NCBI GenBank assembly: GCA_050250895.1
Contig: JBFWNU010000004.1
Location: 622,934-686,933, forward strand
Length of the DNA: 64,000 bases
From: Vulcanimicrobiota bacterium
GTDB taxonomy: Bacteria > Vulcanimicrobiota > Xenobia > Xenobiales > JADMJV01
Direction: 5' to 3'
How positions within the stretch are numbered: position 1 is the first letter of the stretch; each line of letters starts with the position of its first letter. The notes beneath the pieces were generated by a model. That model did not search any database and was not told where the DNA came from. It was given only the letters and a program-made list of their open reading frames with translations. A program made the position numbers and the translations under genes. Shown in pieces: positions 29,711 to 39,889 of the stretch.

Positions 29711-31365
29711 CAGATCCGCCAGCTCTGGCGCCGCATTCCCACGATTCCGTCCATTTCGACCGGCGCCGAGAACAGGTTGCCCACTGCCAGATCGCAACCC
29801 TGGGCCCGCAAGAAATGGGCTTGCTGCTTGGTGCCCACCCCGTCCACGATCAGTTTCATCTCGAGCGCCCGGGCCATGGCGATGACGGCCTTGCTGACCG
29901 CTGTCGACCGGTCGTCGTGAGGCACCCCTTGCATCAGACCGGCATCAAGCTTCAGATAGTCGACGGGGCTGGTCTTGAGACTCCAGACACTGCATTGGGC
30001 GGTGCCGACCTCGGGGATAGCCAACCCCATCCCCCAGCGATTGAGCTGTCCGGCCACCTGGTAAGTTCGCTCGGGGTCGGCCACCAGGGCTTGGGGTGAA
30101 AGTTCGGCCACCAGTTGATCGGCCCGAGTGGCTCGGTGGGTGACCTTCTTGAGCATCTCTTCGGCCAGCCGGGCCAGGCGGATCTGGCGCAGCGATGTCG
30201 GAAAAAAGACTGGCACCGTCCGCAGCTTCTTGGACAGCTGGCAAGCCCGGTCGAACGCCCGGTCGAGAATCTCGACGCTGGTGCCGGTCTTTTCGGCCGT
30301 GGCCAGAAACTGCGCGAGATAGAGCGTGCCCTCGATGGGATGGTCCCACAGCACCAGCATGTCGGCCGCAACCATGACGCCCCTGTCAATGCTGACGATG
30401 GGTCGAAAGAGATAGCGCAGCTTGTCGGCCTCGACCGCCACCCGCAGTTCAGCTTCCCAGGCGGCCTCGGTCTCGAGACGGGCCTGCAGCTTGGGGTCGA
30501 ATTGGCAGCAACGGTCGCGGCCCTGGTCTTTAGCCTCGGCGAGGGCCGCCTGGGCGTGGCTCTGCATCTCGGCCGCGGTATCGGCATCGCCGGGACTCAC
30601 GCTCACACCCACCGAGGCCGACAAATGAACCGGATTGCCATCGAGTTCGAAAGGTCGCTTGAGCAGTTCGAGCACCGAGTTGGCCACCTGACGCCAGCGC
30701 TGGGTGGCGCTATCCTTGCCCAGGGGGCCGGCGGGTCCCACCGGCACGGTGATGACCAGGATAAACTCGTCTTCACCCCGGCGTCCCAGGGCCACTTGTT
30801 CGCCGGCCAGATGCTTTTGCAGACGCTCGCCAACCTGGCGCAGCAACTGATTGCCGCCATCCCAACCGACCAGCTCGTTGACGGTGCGAAAGCGATCCAG
30901 ATCGATGGCCAGGAGGGCGGCTGTCTCCTTCCCCTGAGCCACGCGCTCGGCGGTCATGCTCAAAAAGCGCTCGAGAATGTTGTGGTTGGGCAACCCCGTG
31001 ATTGGGTCCTGGTAGGCCAGCCGTTGCAGCTGGGGATTGCCCCCCTCGAACTGCTCGACCAGCCCGGCCAGGCTGGCTTCGGCTTCAAAGGCTCGTAGTT
31101 CGGCCTGGAAGAAGTTTTGCTTCCAGATGTCGAGCCGCTCCTTGAGAGCGCCGTGCGAGAACTCGAGAGCCCGGCTTTCACGCTGGAGGTTGTCGTAGGC
31201 CTCGGTCACCTGAGTCAGGCGCTGCTGCAGCTCTTCGGCGTTGATACCACCCGCCCCCGACAAGATAGAGACCATCTCTTTCTTGGCGCGCTCGACCATC
31301 TCTTCAGCGGCCAGCGCGCGCGACTCGGCAGCTTCGAGCTTGAGTTGTAATTCTTCCAGTTCCAC
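29710..31365 (-). CDS. coiled-coil GGDEF-EAL protein with degenerate motifs
   Basis: DPITGLPN, DLDRF, GEDEF; EAL domain with ADML and PEVGTAQCS in place of EAL and DDFGTGYSS. Confidence 0.85.
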   Translation of the reverse strand: MELEELQLKLEAAESRALAAEEMVERAKKEMVSILSGAGGINAEELQQRLTQVTEAYDNLQRESRALEFSHGALKERLDIWKQNFFQAELRAFEAEASLAGLVEQFEGGNPQLQRLAYQDPITGLPNHNILERFLSMTAERVAQGKETAALLAIDLDRFRTVNELVGWDGGNQLLRQVGERLQKHLAGEQVALGRRGEDEFILVITVPVGPAGPLGKDSATQRWRQVANSVLELLKRPFELDGNPVHLSASVGVSVSPGDADTAAEMQSHAQAALAEAKDQGRDRCCQFDPKLQARLETEAAWEAELRVAVEADKLRYLFRPIVSIDRGVMVAADMLVLWDHPIEGTLYLAQFLATAEKTGTSVEILDRAFDRACQLSKKLRTVPVFFPTSLRQIRLARLAEEMLKKVTHRATRADQLVAELSPQALVADPERTYQVAGQLNRWGMGLAIPEVGTAQCSVWSLKTSPVDYLKLDAGLMQGVPHDDRSTAVSKAVIAMARALEMKLIVDGVGTKQQAHFLRAQGCDLAVGNLFSAPVEMDGIVGMRRQSWRI

Positions 31366-31400
31366 CTCGGGCAGTTCGCGCCTGACCCAAGAGAATCTTT

Positions 31401-34232
31401 CTAGACCAAAATGCCCTGAATGCGCCGGGTTAGAACGCGCCAGTCAAATGGCTTGAGCAGTACCTTCTCGCGCGGAATAGCGAAGCGCTCCAGCACGTCG
31501 TCAGTGTAGCCCGACATGAAGAGGTGCTGCGCCCGGGGGCATAGAGGTCGAAGGTGCTCCATCAATTCACACCCGTTCATTCCGGGTAGGATGACATCAC
31601 TCAAGATCAGGTCAAAGGAGTCGTTAGCCTCCTGAGCCAGGGTCAGGGCCTCTTCCGAGTCGGCCGCTAAAGAGACCTCGAAGCCGGCCGTCTGTAAAAC
31701 CCGCTTGAGCACCGAACGCAAAGCGGCTTCATCTTCGATCACCATGATCCGCTTGCTGCCGACACTGGTCGGCGCGATCGGTTCGACGGCGGGTTCAGCC
31801 TCCTGTGGTGGTTGGTGGGCCGGCAGATAGACATCGATGGTGGTGCCTCGTCCGAGCCGGCTCGAGACTTCGATCCCGCCCCCGCCTTGCTGCACGATGC
31901 CATAGACGGTGGCCAGGCCGAGTCCGGTACCTTTGCCGAGACCTTTGGTGGTAAAGAAGGGCTCGAACATTTTCTGGCGCGTCTCTTCATCCATTCCGCA
32001 GCCCGAATCGGCGACCCGCAAGCGGACGTGTGGCCCTCCGGTCAACCCTAGAGCGTCGGCCTGCTGGGGGGTCAGATCCAGGTTGTCGAGTTCCAGAGAG
32101 AGTTCGCCCCCGCTCACCATGGCGTCGCGGGCGTTGACAGCCAGATTCATGACCACTTGCTCGAGTTGGCCGCGGTCGGCCAGCACCCAGCAAGCCTCCT
32201 CTTCACTGCGAAAGGTCAGCTTCACATCCTCGCCAATGAGACGCCCGAGCATACGGATCAGGCCGGAAACGACCTGGCTCCAATCCAGGGTCTGGAGCGT
32301 GGTCACCTGGCGGCGACTGAAGGTGAGCAGCTGGCGCGTGAGCGATTCGGCCCGCTTGCTAGCGGCGAGGATCTCCTGGATATCCTCGTAGATTTCGTCC
32401 TCGGGACTCAGCTCCTGGCAGGCCAACTCGCCGCACGAGACGATCACGGTCAAAAGGTTGTTGAAGTCGTGGGCTACCCCTCCGGCCAGGCGGCCCATCG
32501 CCTCCATACGCTGAGCCACCCTTAGCTTTTCTTCGCTCTGGCGCAGAGCCGCCTCGGCCTCCTTGGCCGCGGTGATCACCTCGCTAAAGAGGATCAGCCC
32601 GCCGACCTTTCCTTCGTCCTCATACCATGGATGGATGGCCCAACGCACCCACTCCTGGGTCCCGTCGGGGCGTTGATAACAATCCTCGTCACAGCTGACC
32701 ACGTGACCCTCGAGACATCTCTGGTGAGCCTGCCGCCAGCGGGCCGGCAGCTTGGGGAAGAGGTCGTAGTGGCAACGCCCCACCAGTTCGTCCGTCACCA
32801 ACCCATAGTCTCCGACGAAGCGACGGCTTACCAACAGGTAGCGCATGTCGCGGTCGAACATCGCCATGGCGGCGGGCGCGTTCTCGAGAAACATCCGCAG
32901 CCTCGCCTGGCTCACCTGGAGCTGTTGGCGGTCGTTGTAGTTCTGGGTCAGATCACGCCCGATTCCGAGCACCCCGACCAGGCGGCCTTCCTCATAGAGG
33001 GGACCCTTGATGGTCTCGAGCAACTCTTCATGACCGTCGGCGAACGTTACCCATTCCTCGTTACGACGGGGAGAGGCCGCCTGCAGTGCCTGCAAGTCGT
33101 GCTGGCGGAAGAAATCGGCTAAAGCCTTGGGCACAAAGTCGTAGTCGGTCTTGCCCAGCACCCCCTCGCGAGGGGCGCCCAACAAAGCTTGAAAACGTGT
33201 ATTACATTCGAGAAAATGGCCATCTGGAGTCTTGAGCCAGATCAGGTCGGGGATGGTGTCGAGCATGGCCCTGAGCCGGTCTCTTTCTCGCTTGAGTTCG
33301 CGCCGCGCCTCGGTCTGATCGGTTACATCCTTGAAAAGGCCTTTGAGCCTGGTCACCTGCTCGCCGTCGTAGATGGCAAAACCGGTGGTGCGAATCCATC
33401 GATGCGCGCCTTGAGCCGTCACCATGGGAAGTTCTAGATCGTAGGGGTCACCCGTGCGGCTAGCCTTTTCTACGGCCGCTTCCAGCTGTAGCCGAGCCGG
33501 CTCGGGAAAGTGGCGAAGGCTCAGCTCAGGAGTCGGCTGAGTGTCAGGGGGCAATCCATGAATCTCCGCGACCTGCGGTGACCACCAGCCTCGGCCGGTG
33601 CCCAGGTCCAACTCCCAAAGGCCGGTCGGAGCGTTCTCTTCGAGTTGCTGCCAACCCTCGGCTCGGGTGTGACGCTCGCTGACATCCCGAGCGACCAGCC
33701 ACGCCTGACGGGGGTCACTGCCTCTGGTCCAGGAGGCGTCCAACCACACCGGTTTCCCTTCGCCGCCCGTGAAGTAGAGGATGGAACGCCCGCGTGGGGA
33801 CCCGCTAACCGCGTCCAGCCAGGCCTGGGGCACAGGCAGAGCCAGAAAGTCAGCCACCCGCAGCCCCAGAATCTTCTCGACGGAGTCGAGCACGCTCACG
33901 AATCGCGCCGTTTCGAAGTCGATCCAGCAGCCAACGGCCGGGGCGGTCGCGCGCTCGAGATGTCCTTCGAGCCACGATTCAAGAAAGGGCTGCAGGCCAG
34001 CCAGCAGAGCTTCATCGGCGGCCGGATGCGTTTCAAGCCAGCCCAACGAAAACTGGGTGGCCTGGAACGGGCCACGCGCGTCACCGGCCTCGGCCGTCAA
34101 GGCTCCGTTGCTTTCACGCCAACGAGCTCCAAGCCAGCAACCCTGGGCCACGCCCTCGGCCAGCAGAGCTCCAAGGCTTCGCTGTCGGCAGAGAGACTCG
34201 AGTAGACGCACGATCTGGCGCTCGATACACAT
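31401..34232 (-). CDS. multi-PAS hybrid sensor histidine kinase/response regulator
   Basis: PAS/PAC repeats, [27 protein letters not shown]-terminal REC domain. Confidence 0.95.
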   Translation of the reverse strand: MCIERQIVRLLESLCRQRSLGALLAEGVAQGCWLGARWRESNGALTAEAGDARGPFQATQFSLGWLETHPAADEALLAGLQPFLESWLEGHLERATAPAVGCWIDFETARFVSVLDSVEKILGLRVADFLALPVPQAWLDAVSGSPRGRSILYFTGGEGKPVWLDASWTRGSDPRQAWLVARDVSERHTRAEGWQQLEENAPTGLWELDLGTGRGWWSPQVAEIHGLPPDTQPTPELSLRHFPEPARLQLEAAVEKASRTGDPYDLELPMVTAQGAHRWIRTTGFAIYDGEQVTRLKGLFKDVTDQTEARRELKRERDRLRAMLDTIPDLIWLKTPDGHFLECNTRFQALLGAPREGVLGKTDYDFVPKALADFFRQHDLQALQAASPRRNEEWVTFADGHEELLETIKGPLYEEGRLVGVLGIGRDLTQNYNDRQQLQVSQARLRMFLENAPAAMAMFDRDMRYLLVSRRFVGDYGLVTDELVGRCHYDLFPKLPARWRQAHQRCLEGHVVSCDEDCYQRPDGTQEWVRWAIHPWYEDEGKVGGLILFSEVITAAKEAEAALRQSEEKLRVAQRMEAMGRLAGGVAHDFNNLLTVIVSCGELACQELSPEDEIYEDIQEILAASKRAESLTRQLLTFSRRQVTTLQTLDWSQVVSGLIRMLGRLIGEDVKLTFRSEEEACWVLADRGQLEQVVMNLAVNARDAMVSGGELSLELDNLDLTPQQADALGLTGGPHVRLRVADSGCGMDEETRQKMFEPFFTTKGLGKGTGLGLATVYGIVQQGGGGIEVSSRLGRGTTIDVYLPAHQPPQEAEPAVEPIAPTSVGSKRIMVIEDEAALRSVLKRVLQTAGFEVSLAADSEEALTLAQEANDSFDLILSDVILPGMNGCELMEHLRPLCPRAQHLFMSGYTDDVLERFAIPREKVLLKPFDWRVLTRRIQGILV

Positions 34233-34321
34233 AGAGGTACGTATTATATCGGACGGTATACGAACGGGTAAAGGTGGGGCCCGGTCAAGGAATCTCGGGT
34301 TCGGAGAGATAATCTCCACTG

Positions 34322-35542
34322 GTGCCTCTCTACTGCTATGAGGCCAAAGATGCCCTGGGCCGGCTAGTCCAGGGCGAGGCCGAGGGTCCCGGCCACCTCG
34401 ATGTCATGGTCGAGTTGAAGAAGCTCGGCTATGAGGTTTTGGGATTGTGGGAAAAACCGCACCCGTTACTGGGGGGCGCGCTACTGCAATGGCTTCGCCC
34501 ACCGCCCCGGCGCGAACTAGCCGTGTTCACCCGCCAATTGGCTCTCCTCTTTTCGTCGGGCATTCCCCTGATGGACGGGCTGGAGGGGTTGGCCAGGGCC
34601 GAGGCCTCGCCTCGCATGGCCACCGGCATCAACGACATCGTTCGCAGCCTGAACGCGGGACGTCGCTTGAGCGCCAGCCTGGCGCTCCGTTCGGACCTGT
34701 TCTCGACCCTCTACGTGGCCATGGTTGAAGCGGGCGAGCTCACCGGCAAGTTGGACCGGGTGCTGCACAACATGGCCGACTTTCTCGAGCGTGACCTGAT
34801 GCTGCGGCGTAAAATCCAGACCGCGGCGGTCTATCCGCTCTTGATCTTCGTGGTCTGCGTGCTGCTGGTCGGATTCATGGCCCTGTTCCTCTTCCCGGTT
34901 TTTGCCAACCTGTTTGAAGGCTTCCAGATCGCCCTGCCGTGGCCGACCCTCTTACTGTTGAAGATCACCAGCCTGGGCCAACGGCCTGGGGTTATCCTGG
35001 CGGTGCTCTGCCTGGCGGGCCTGGCTCTGTGGCTGCTCCACAATCGCCTCAGCGAGACCGTGGCCGGAAATCGAGCCTGGGCCAGCTTCTTGCTCTGGGC
35101 TCCGGGGGTGGGAAGAGCTCAACGTTGCGTCTTGATGGCCCGCTTTACTCGCGTGATGGGCTTGTTGCTGGGAGCCGGTGTAACCCCGATGGTGGCCCTG
35201 GCGGCCACGGGTAAAGCCATGGCCAACGCTGTCTTTCGCGAGCAGCTCGAAAACGTGACCGTGGACATCCGCGACGAAGGACTGAGTATGGCCCAGGGAT
35301 TTAGCCGCATGAAACTGATGCCGCGCATGGCCGGCTCGCTCATCGAGACGGGCGAAACGGTGGGACGGCTGCCCGAAATGCTGGGCCAACTGGCCGACCT
35401 CTTCGACCACGAGGTCGACGACGCCATCCACCAGCTGACGCTCTTGCTCGAGCCCCTCATGTTGGCCTTCATGGGGGTGGTGGTCGGCTTCGTGCTGGTG
35501 GCCGTTTTTATGCCAGTCTACGCATTGGTGGATAAACTGTGA
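34322..35542 (+). CDS. pilC: type II secretion F / type IV pilus platform protein
   Basis: FTRQLA, AGELTGKL, YP, LLEP motifs. Confidence 0.9.
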   Translation: MPLYCYEAKDALGRLVQGEAEGPGHLDVMVELKKLGYEVLGLWEKPHPLLGGALLQWLRPPPRRELAVFTRQLALLFSSGIPLMDGLEGLARAEASPRMATGINDIVRSLNAGRRLSASLALRSDLFSTLYVAMVEAGELTGKLDRVLHNMADFLERDLMLRRKIQTAAVYPLLIFVVCVLLVGFMALFLFPVFANLFEGFQIALPWPTLLLLKITSLGQRPGVILAVLCLAGLALWLLHNRLSETVAGNRAWASFLLWAPGVGRAQRCVLMARFTRVMGLLLGAGVTPMVALAATGKAMANAVFREQLENVTVDIRDEGLSMAQGFSRMKLMPRMAGSLIETGETVGRLPEMLGQLADLFDHEVDDAIHQLTLLLEPLMLAFMGVVVGFVLVAVFMPVYALVDKL

Positions 35543-35543
35543 T

Positions 35544-36854
35544 ATGATCAATGCCATGACGAGACGGGGGATTGCCTTACCAGCCGTTCTTGGTGTTCTC
35601 ACCCTTCTCTTGATCATTCTCTCGACCGTGGCCTACCAGGGCATCGGCTCGCTCAACGTGGCCAAAGTCTCCCAGGCCACCCGCCAATCGCTATTCGCGG
35701 CCGAAGCGGGGGTTAGCGACGGACTCCGCCAGCTGGTCGAGGATCCCACCCTCACCGGCCCGCTGGCCGATGGCACCCTCGAGAATGGAGCCGTCTATAC
35801 GGTCGAGATTTTCAACAATATCGACGGCACCGGCCCTCCCGTGGCCTCCAATGATGCCGCTGTCCCGGCCGGGTTTGCCTACATCCTGGCCACCGGCAGC
35901 CGCTCTGACGGTGCCTTCCAACGCAGTGCCGGGGCCCTGGTCCACCCTTCCGCGGCCGCCGCCTTCGGGATGGCTATGGGCTCGGGTGGCGACATCCGCA
36001 TGCAGGGTAGCAAGACGGTCAAAGGCACGATCAAGGCCAGCGGGGACCTGCGCGTCCAGGGCAGCACCACCATCGAGCCGATGAACGGCAACGGAAGACT
36101 GCTGGCCGGAGGCGAACTTCGCTCGCAGGGCAACACCACTCTGGATTCGGCCCAAGAAGCTCGGGCGCGCGCCCAGGTCAACGCATCCCCCGCCATCCGC
36201 GGAGCCTATCTGGTCCAACCCAACGACACCAGTCCGGCCACCCTGCCCTTCATCGCCGACGGTCGCACCACCAACGTACTCAACACCGGCGAGCAGGGCC
36301 TTATCCTACCAAATCCAGACCAGGCCGCCCTGCTCGACGCCACCAACCCTGACCTGGTGACCTGGTCGGTGACCAACTTCTCGGGCACCCTCGACCTGAC
36401 CGACAAGATTCACTACTTCCCTGACGGTGTGTCGTTCTCTCCGACCACCAACTTTGTCGGCTCGGGCACAATCGTGGTGGGCAACGGCAACGCCATGGAG
36501 TTTCAAGGCAGCACCACCATCAACGCCAATCTGATCGCGTTGCGGCGACCCGACCAGATGCCCTCGGGAGGCAACCCCTCCATCCGCTTCCAGGGCAGCA
36601 CCACCGTCAACGGCCTGATCTACGCCCACGAAGACATCCAAGCCCAGGGCAGTTTTACCCTCAATGGCGTGATGATTGCCTATCACGATGGGGGCGCCGA
36701 GATCCGCACCCAGGGCAACTCGAACATCACCCTCGACTCTGGCGTGCTGGGGGGCATTCCGGGCTTCGAGCCCTGGGCCAATGGTTTCGGCAGCGGGGGC
36801 AGCGTGCCCGCCGGGGCCACACCCATGGCCATCGCCTCGTGGGAGCGGTTTTGA
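35544..36854 (+). CDS. PilX-like minor pilin with a beta-solenoid repeat domain
   Basis: RRGIAL, AAEAG; seven xxQG[SN]xT-like repeats. Confidence 0.75.
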   Translation: MINAMTRRGIALPAVLGVLTLLLIILSTVAYQGIGSLNVAKVSQATRQSLFAAEAGVSDGLRQLVEDPTLTGPLADGTLENGAVYTVEIFNNIDGTGPPVASNDAAVPAGFAYILATGSRSDGAFQRSAGALVHPSAAAAFGMAMGSGGDIRMQGSKTVKGTIKASGDLRVQGSTTIEPMNGNGRLLAGGELRSQGNTTLDSAQEARARAQVNASPAIRGAYLVQPNDTSPATLPFIADGRTTNVLNTGEQGLILPNPDQAALLDATNPDLVTWSVTNFSGTLDLTDKIHYFPDGVSFSPTTNFVGSGTIVVGNGNAMEFQGSTTINANLIALRRPDQMPSGGNPSIRFQGSTTVNGLIYAHEDIQAQGSFTLNGVMIAYHDGGAEIRTQGNSNITLDSGVLGGIPGFEPWANGFGSGGSVPAGATPMAIASWERF

Positions 36855-37240
36855 GACGACGTGGCCTGACGGTCATCGAGACCCTCATCGCCTCGGCCGT
36901 GTTCACGGTGGCCATCCTGGCTTTGATCGGAATCTATCCGGTCTCGGCCAAGGCGGCCCGCCAGGCCCAGGGGGCCCTGGTGGCAGCCAACCTGGCCGAA
37001 AAAGAACTCGAGTTCTCGCGAGCCATGGCTTATGACGCGGTAACCGACCGCACCCTCGACTACGACATTTCGATCGAGAACAACGGCTTTGACATGCAAC
37101 TGGTCTTCCAGACCGCCACCACCGTCACCGAAATTCGGCCCGGACTCAAGCAAATCAAAGTTCGGGTGGACTGGGCCGAGCCCGACAGCCAGCCGCGCAA
37201 GCTCGAGATGGAGACCTATGTCGCCAATCTTGCACCGTAG
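36851..37240 (+). CDS. type IV minor pilin (PilV-like)
   Basis: RRRG|LTVIE prepilin cleavage motif. Confidence 0.85.
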   Translation: MRRRGLTVIETLIASAVFTVAILALIGIYPVSAKAARQAQGALVAANLAEKELEFSRAMAYDAVTDRTLDYDISIENNGFDMQLVFQTATTVTEIRPGLKQIKVRVDWAEPDSQPRKLEMETYVANLAP

Positions 37241-37790
37241 AGGAATGACCCTCATCGAGACCCTGATCTCGATGGCCCTGCTGAGTCTGGTCTTGCTCGC
37301 CACCTACTCGGCCCTGACTCTAGCCCTGCGCTTTCAGTCGCGGGTGCACGACAGCGTTACCACCTTCCAGCAGGCGGCGGCTGCCTCGGCGCGCATCCAA
37401 CAGGCGCTGGGCCTCGGCTCGGCCGCCTCGCTTTCGATCGAGGCCCCGACCGGATTCGCCTTCGCCTCGGCGGCAGCCGAGGCCGGCCCCTTCACCCACG
37501 ACAGCAATGGCGATTTAGAGTTTCACCGCTGGGTCTTCTTCTATATCGACGGGGGCGACCTGTGGATGGGCGAGGTGCCGTTTGCAGCCACTACCACCCT
37601 CTCGCCCACACCCACCCTGGCCAACCTGCGGGCCGACGGAAGCGCCCGCTTACGCCGGGTAGCTCAGGGCGTGACCGAGATGGAGGTTTTCGGCGGCAGC
37701 GGAGCCGAGGTTCGCCTGCGCGTCGAGGGCCAGATTCCCGAGCGCAAGAACGCCGTCACCATCCGCAACCGGGTGACCTTCCGCCAATGA
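37218..37790 (+). CDS. type IV minor pilin (PilW/PulJ-like)
   Basis: RRG|MTLIE prepilin cleavage motif. Confidence 0.85.
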   Translation: MSPILHRRGMTLIETLISMALLSLVLLATYSALTLALRFQSRVHDSVTTFQQAAAASARIQQALGLGSAASLSIEAPTGFAFASAAAEAGPFTHDSNGDLEFHRWVFFYIDGGDLWMGEVPFAATTTLSPTPTLANLRADGSARLRRVAQGVTEMEVFGGSGAEVRLRVEGQIPERKNAVTIRNRVTFRQ

Positions 37791-38587
37791 TCTGGGTGAC
37801 GCTGGTCTGCCTGGTGGTCATCCTCTCGACGCCCAGCCGGGGTCTGCTCGCCATCCCCCGCCGCCTGACCGGGTTGGCACTGTTGCCAGTAGGCATTCCG
37901 GCCGCCGTCCTATGGAGAGTGGTGGCCGCGGACGAGTGGCAAGCGCGGCGAGCCTTTCACTGGCTCTTCGACGACCCGCTGGGCCCCCTCGACTATGTGA
38001 TTCTGGCCCTGGTGCTGGGACCGTGGTTCGAACCGCTCTGGTTCGAGCCTTGGATGGCGCTGGTGGCGCTTGTCTGGGCCCTGGCCTGCGCGGTGAGCTA
38101 TCTACGCTCAGACAGAACGCCGGCCGTGGGGCTGTCGGTCGAGGCAGACCGGGCCCGACCGGTTCGCTCGTCGAGCCTGGCGGGGCGGGGGTTGGTCGCG
38201 CTCGAAACGGCCCTCGAACCAGACCGCGGAGCTGTCTGGCTCTTCTGCGAGCGACTGGGCGAGTTCGAGACGCTGCCCGAAGCCCTCGAACGCCTGTCCC
38301 AGGAGCATCCTCTGTTGGAAGGCCTGGAGTTTCTCGAAACCAGCGACAGCGAACACCCCCTGGCCTTTCGCAGCGGGGCCGAGACCTACGTCACCGCCCA
38401 CGCCGGCCTGGTGGCCGGCTTTCGGGTGCGCCCAGGAGGCGACCCCAAGCCGATCTACCGGCAGGTCAGACCCCGCCTGGACAAGGCTCTCTATTCGGCG
38501 GCGGGGGTGGCCTCGGAAGAGCTCGCGTCGCCTTCGGCGGTGGTCAGGTCGCCGAACTCCTTGCTGAGCGCATCGATTTTCGACTGA
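37787..38587 (+). CDS. hypothetical membrane protein
   Basis: ATGA-coupled to the pilin gene; hydrophobic N-terminal half. Confidence 0.6.
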   Translation: MIWVTLVCLVVILSTPSRGLLAIPRRLTGLALLPVGIPAAVLWRVVAADEWQARRAFHWLFDDPLGPLDYVILALVLGPWFEPLWFEPWMALVALVWALACAVSYLRSDRTPAVGLSVEADRARPVRSSSLAGRGLVALETALEPDRGAVWLFCERLGEFETLPEALERLSQEHPLLEGLEFLETSDSEHPLAFRSGAETYVTAHAGLVAGFRVRPGGDPKPIYRQVRPRLDKALYSAAGVASEELASPSAVVRSPNSLLSASIFD

Positions 38588-39039
38588 GCCTCTTCCATCT
38601 CTTGGGCGAGCTTGGCCTTTTCGTCTTCGAGCTTGTCAGGCGTCTCTTGTTCGACCTTGGCCAGATCGAGCTGTTGGCCATGCAGTTTCTTCTGGGTGGC
38701 GATGCGCTCGGCCACCACTTCTTGCAGGCGCATCAACTTCTTATAGGCGTCTTGGGCCTCGGCCGGAGGGTTCATCGAGGAAAGGTCGCGACCGACCTCG
38801 TTGACCTGCTGCTCGAGGGTGTCGAAGATATCGATGGGATCTCCCTCGAAGATGTCACCCAGGCTATTCCAGGCGGCCACCAGCGTCTCATGTTCGCGAG
38901 TCATCTGCTCGGGTGAATAGGCCACCGCTGCCGGGGTCGGCGTGGCGCCCGTCTCGCCACCGGTGGTGGAGGACGGATTGTTGCAACCGATCAGGGCAAC
39001 GGTCAATAAGGCAATGCAAAAGCTAAAGTACTTGGTCAT
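38491..39039 (-). CDS. coiled-coil lipoprotein
   Basis: Lipobox LIGC; helical charged body. Confidence 0.75.
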   Translation of the reverse strand: MTKYFSFCIALLTVALIGCNNPSSTTGGETGATPTPAAVAYSPEQMTREHETLVAAWNSLGDIFEGDPIDIFDTLEQQVNEVGRDLSSMNPPAEAQDAYKKLMRLQEVVAERIATQKKLHGQQLDLAKVEQETPDKLEDEKAKLAQEMEEAQSKIDALSKEFGDLTTAEGDASSSEATPAAE

Positions 39040-39040
39040 G

Positions 39041-39794
39041 TCAAGCCCTTCTAGGACTCTCCTCGAGACCCTGCAGGACGCTCGCCAAACGATGCCAGTG
39101 GCCCGCTACCGCGTCGCGCGAAAGCCCCGTAAACTGGGCGTCGGCCGTCTCGACCACCCACCAGGCAAGGTCATGGGACTGGCCCACGTCGACCGAACAG
39201 AAGGGCACCCCCAGGCGTTGGGCCGCCTGCTCGGCCAACTGGTGGATGGCCGCGCTCTCGGCCGCGGCTGCGGCTGTCGCTTTTGAGCAGCCGTCCTGCC
39301 AGGCGCTCCAGCTCCTCGGGAGTATCGGCCACACAGGCCTTCCACCCCTCGGCTTTGAGCGACTGCACGCTGCCCTTCACGAAAACCGGATAGCCCAGCT
39401 CGTCGGCGGCTTCGAGGCAGCCTTGGACCGAATCGGCCCAGGCGGTGGCCGGAGTCAATCCGTTCAGGTGCGGATAGGCAAGATGCAACTCCATGGCCCG
39501 GCGGTGCTGCTCGGGCGTATTGGGCAACCAGAGTCCGAGATCGGCGGCGGCCTGGTAGATCGCTTCATAGCGCTCGACCGTGGGAATATATCCGAGCCAT
39601 ATGGCCGGCCTGGCCGGCCCCCTGGCGAGATGCGCCAGGGCTCCTTCGGCGTCGCCGCAGCGCGAGAAGTCGGGCTCGATGAAGCTCACCTCGAAACCCG
39701 CCCACCGAGCCGCCCTGGCCGAGGCCTCGAGGTCCCGCTTGCTGGCCGAAGGGGGCATCGCTTCGACCGAGTCGACGAACAGAATCGGCTTCAC
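39041..39794 (-). pseudogene. R2K/DUF4343-type ATP-grasp protein, frameshifted and apparently internally deleted
   Basis: N-part (GYPVFVKGSVQSLK) ends near 39260; C-part (VPFCSVDV...WWVVETADAQF) is in another frame; the central RxF segment expected for the family is absent. Confidence 0.65.
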
Positions 39795-39889
39795 AGTCAG
39801 CAGTCTACCACACAGGCGAAGGAGACTGTACGGGTCGATGTGGAAGGGCAGTGACAGTTACTGTCACTCCTGCAACCTAAGCTCAGACT

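Noticed and set aside
33479-33491. Partial palindrome CTTCCAGCTGTAG
   Set aside because: Incomplete match inside a coding region; explained by codons.
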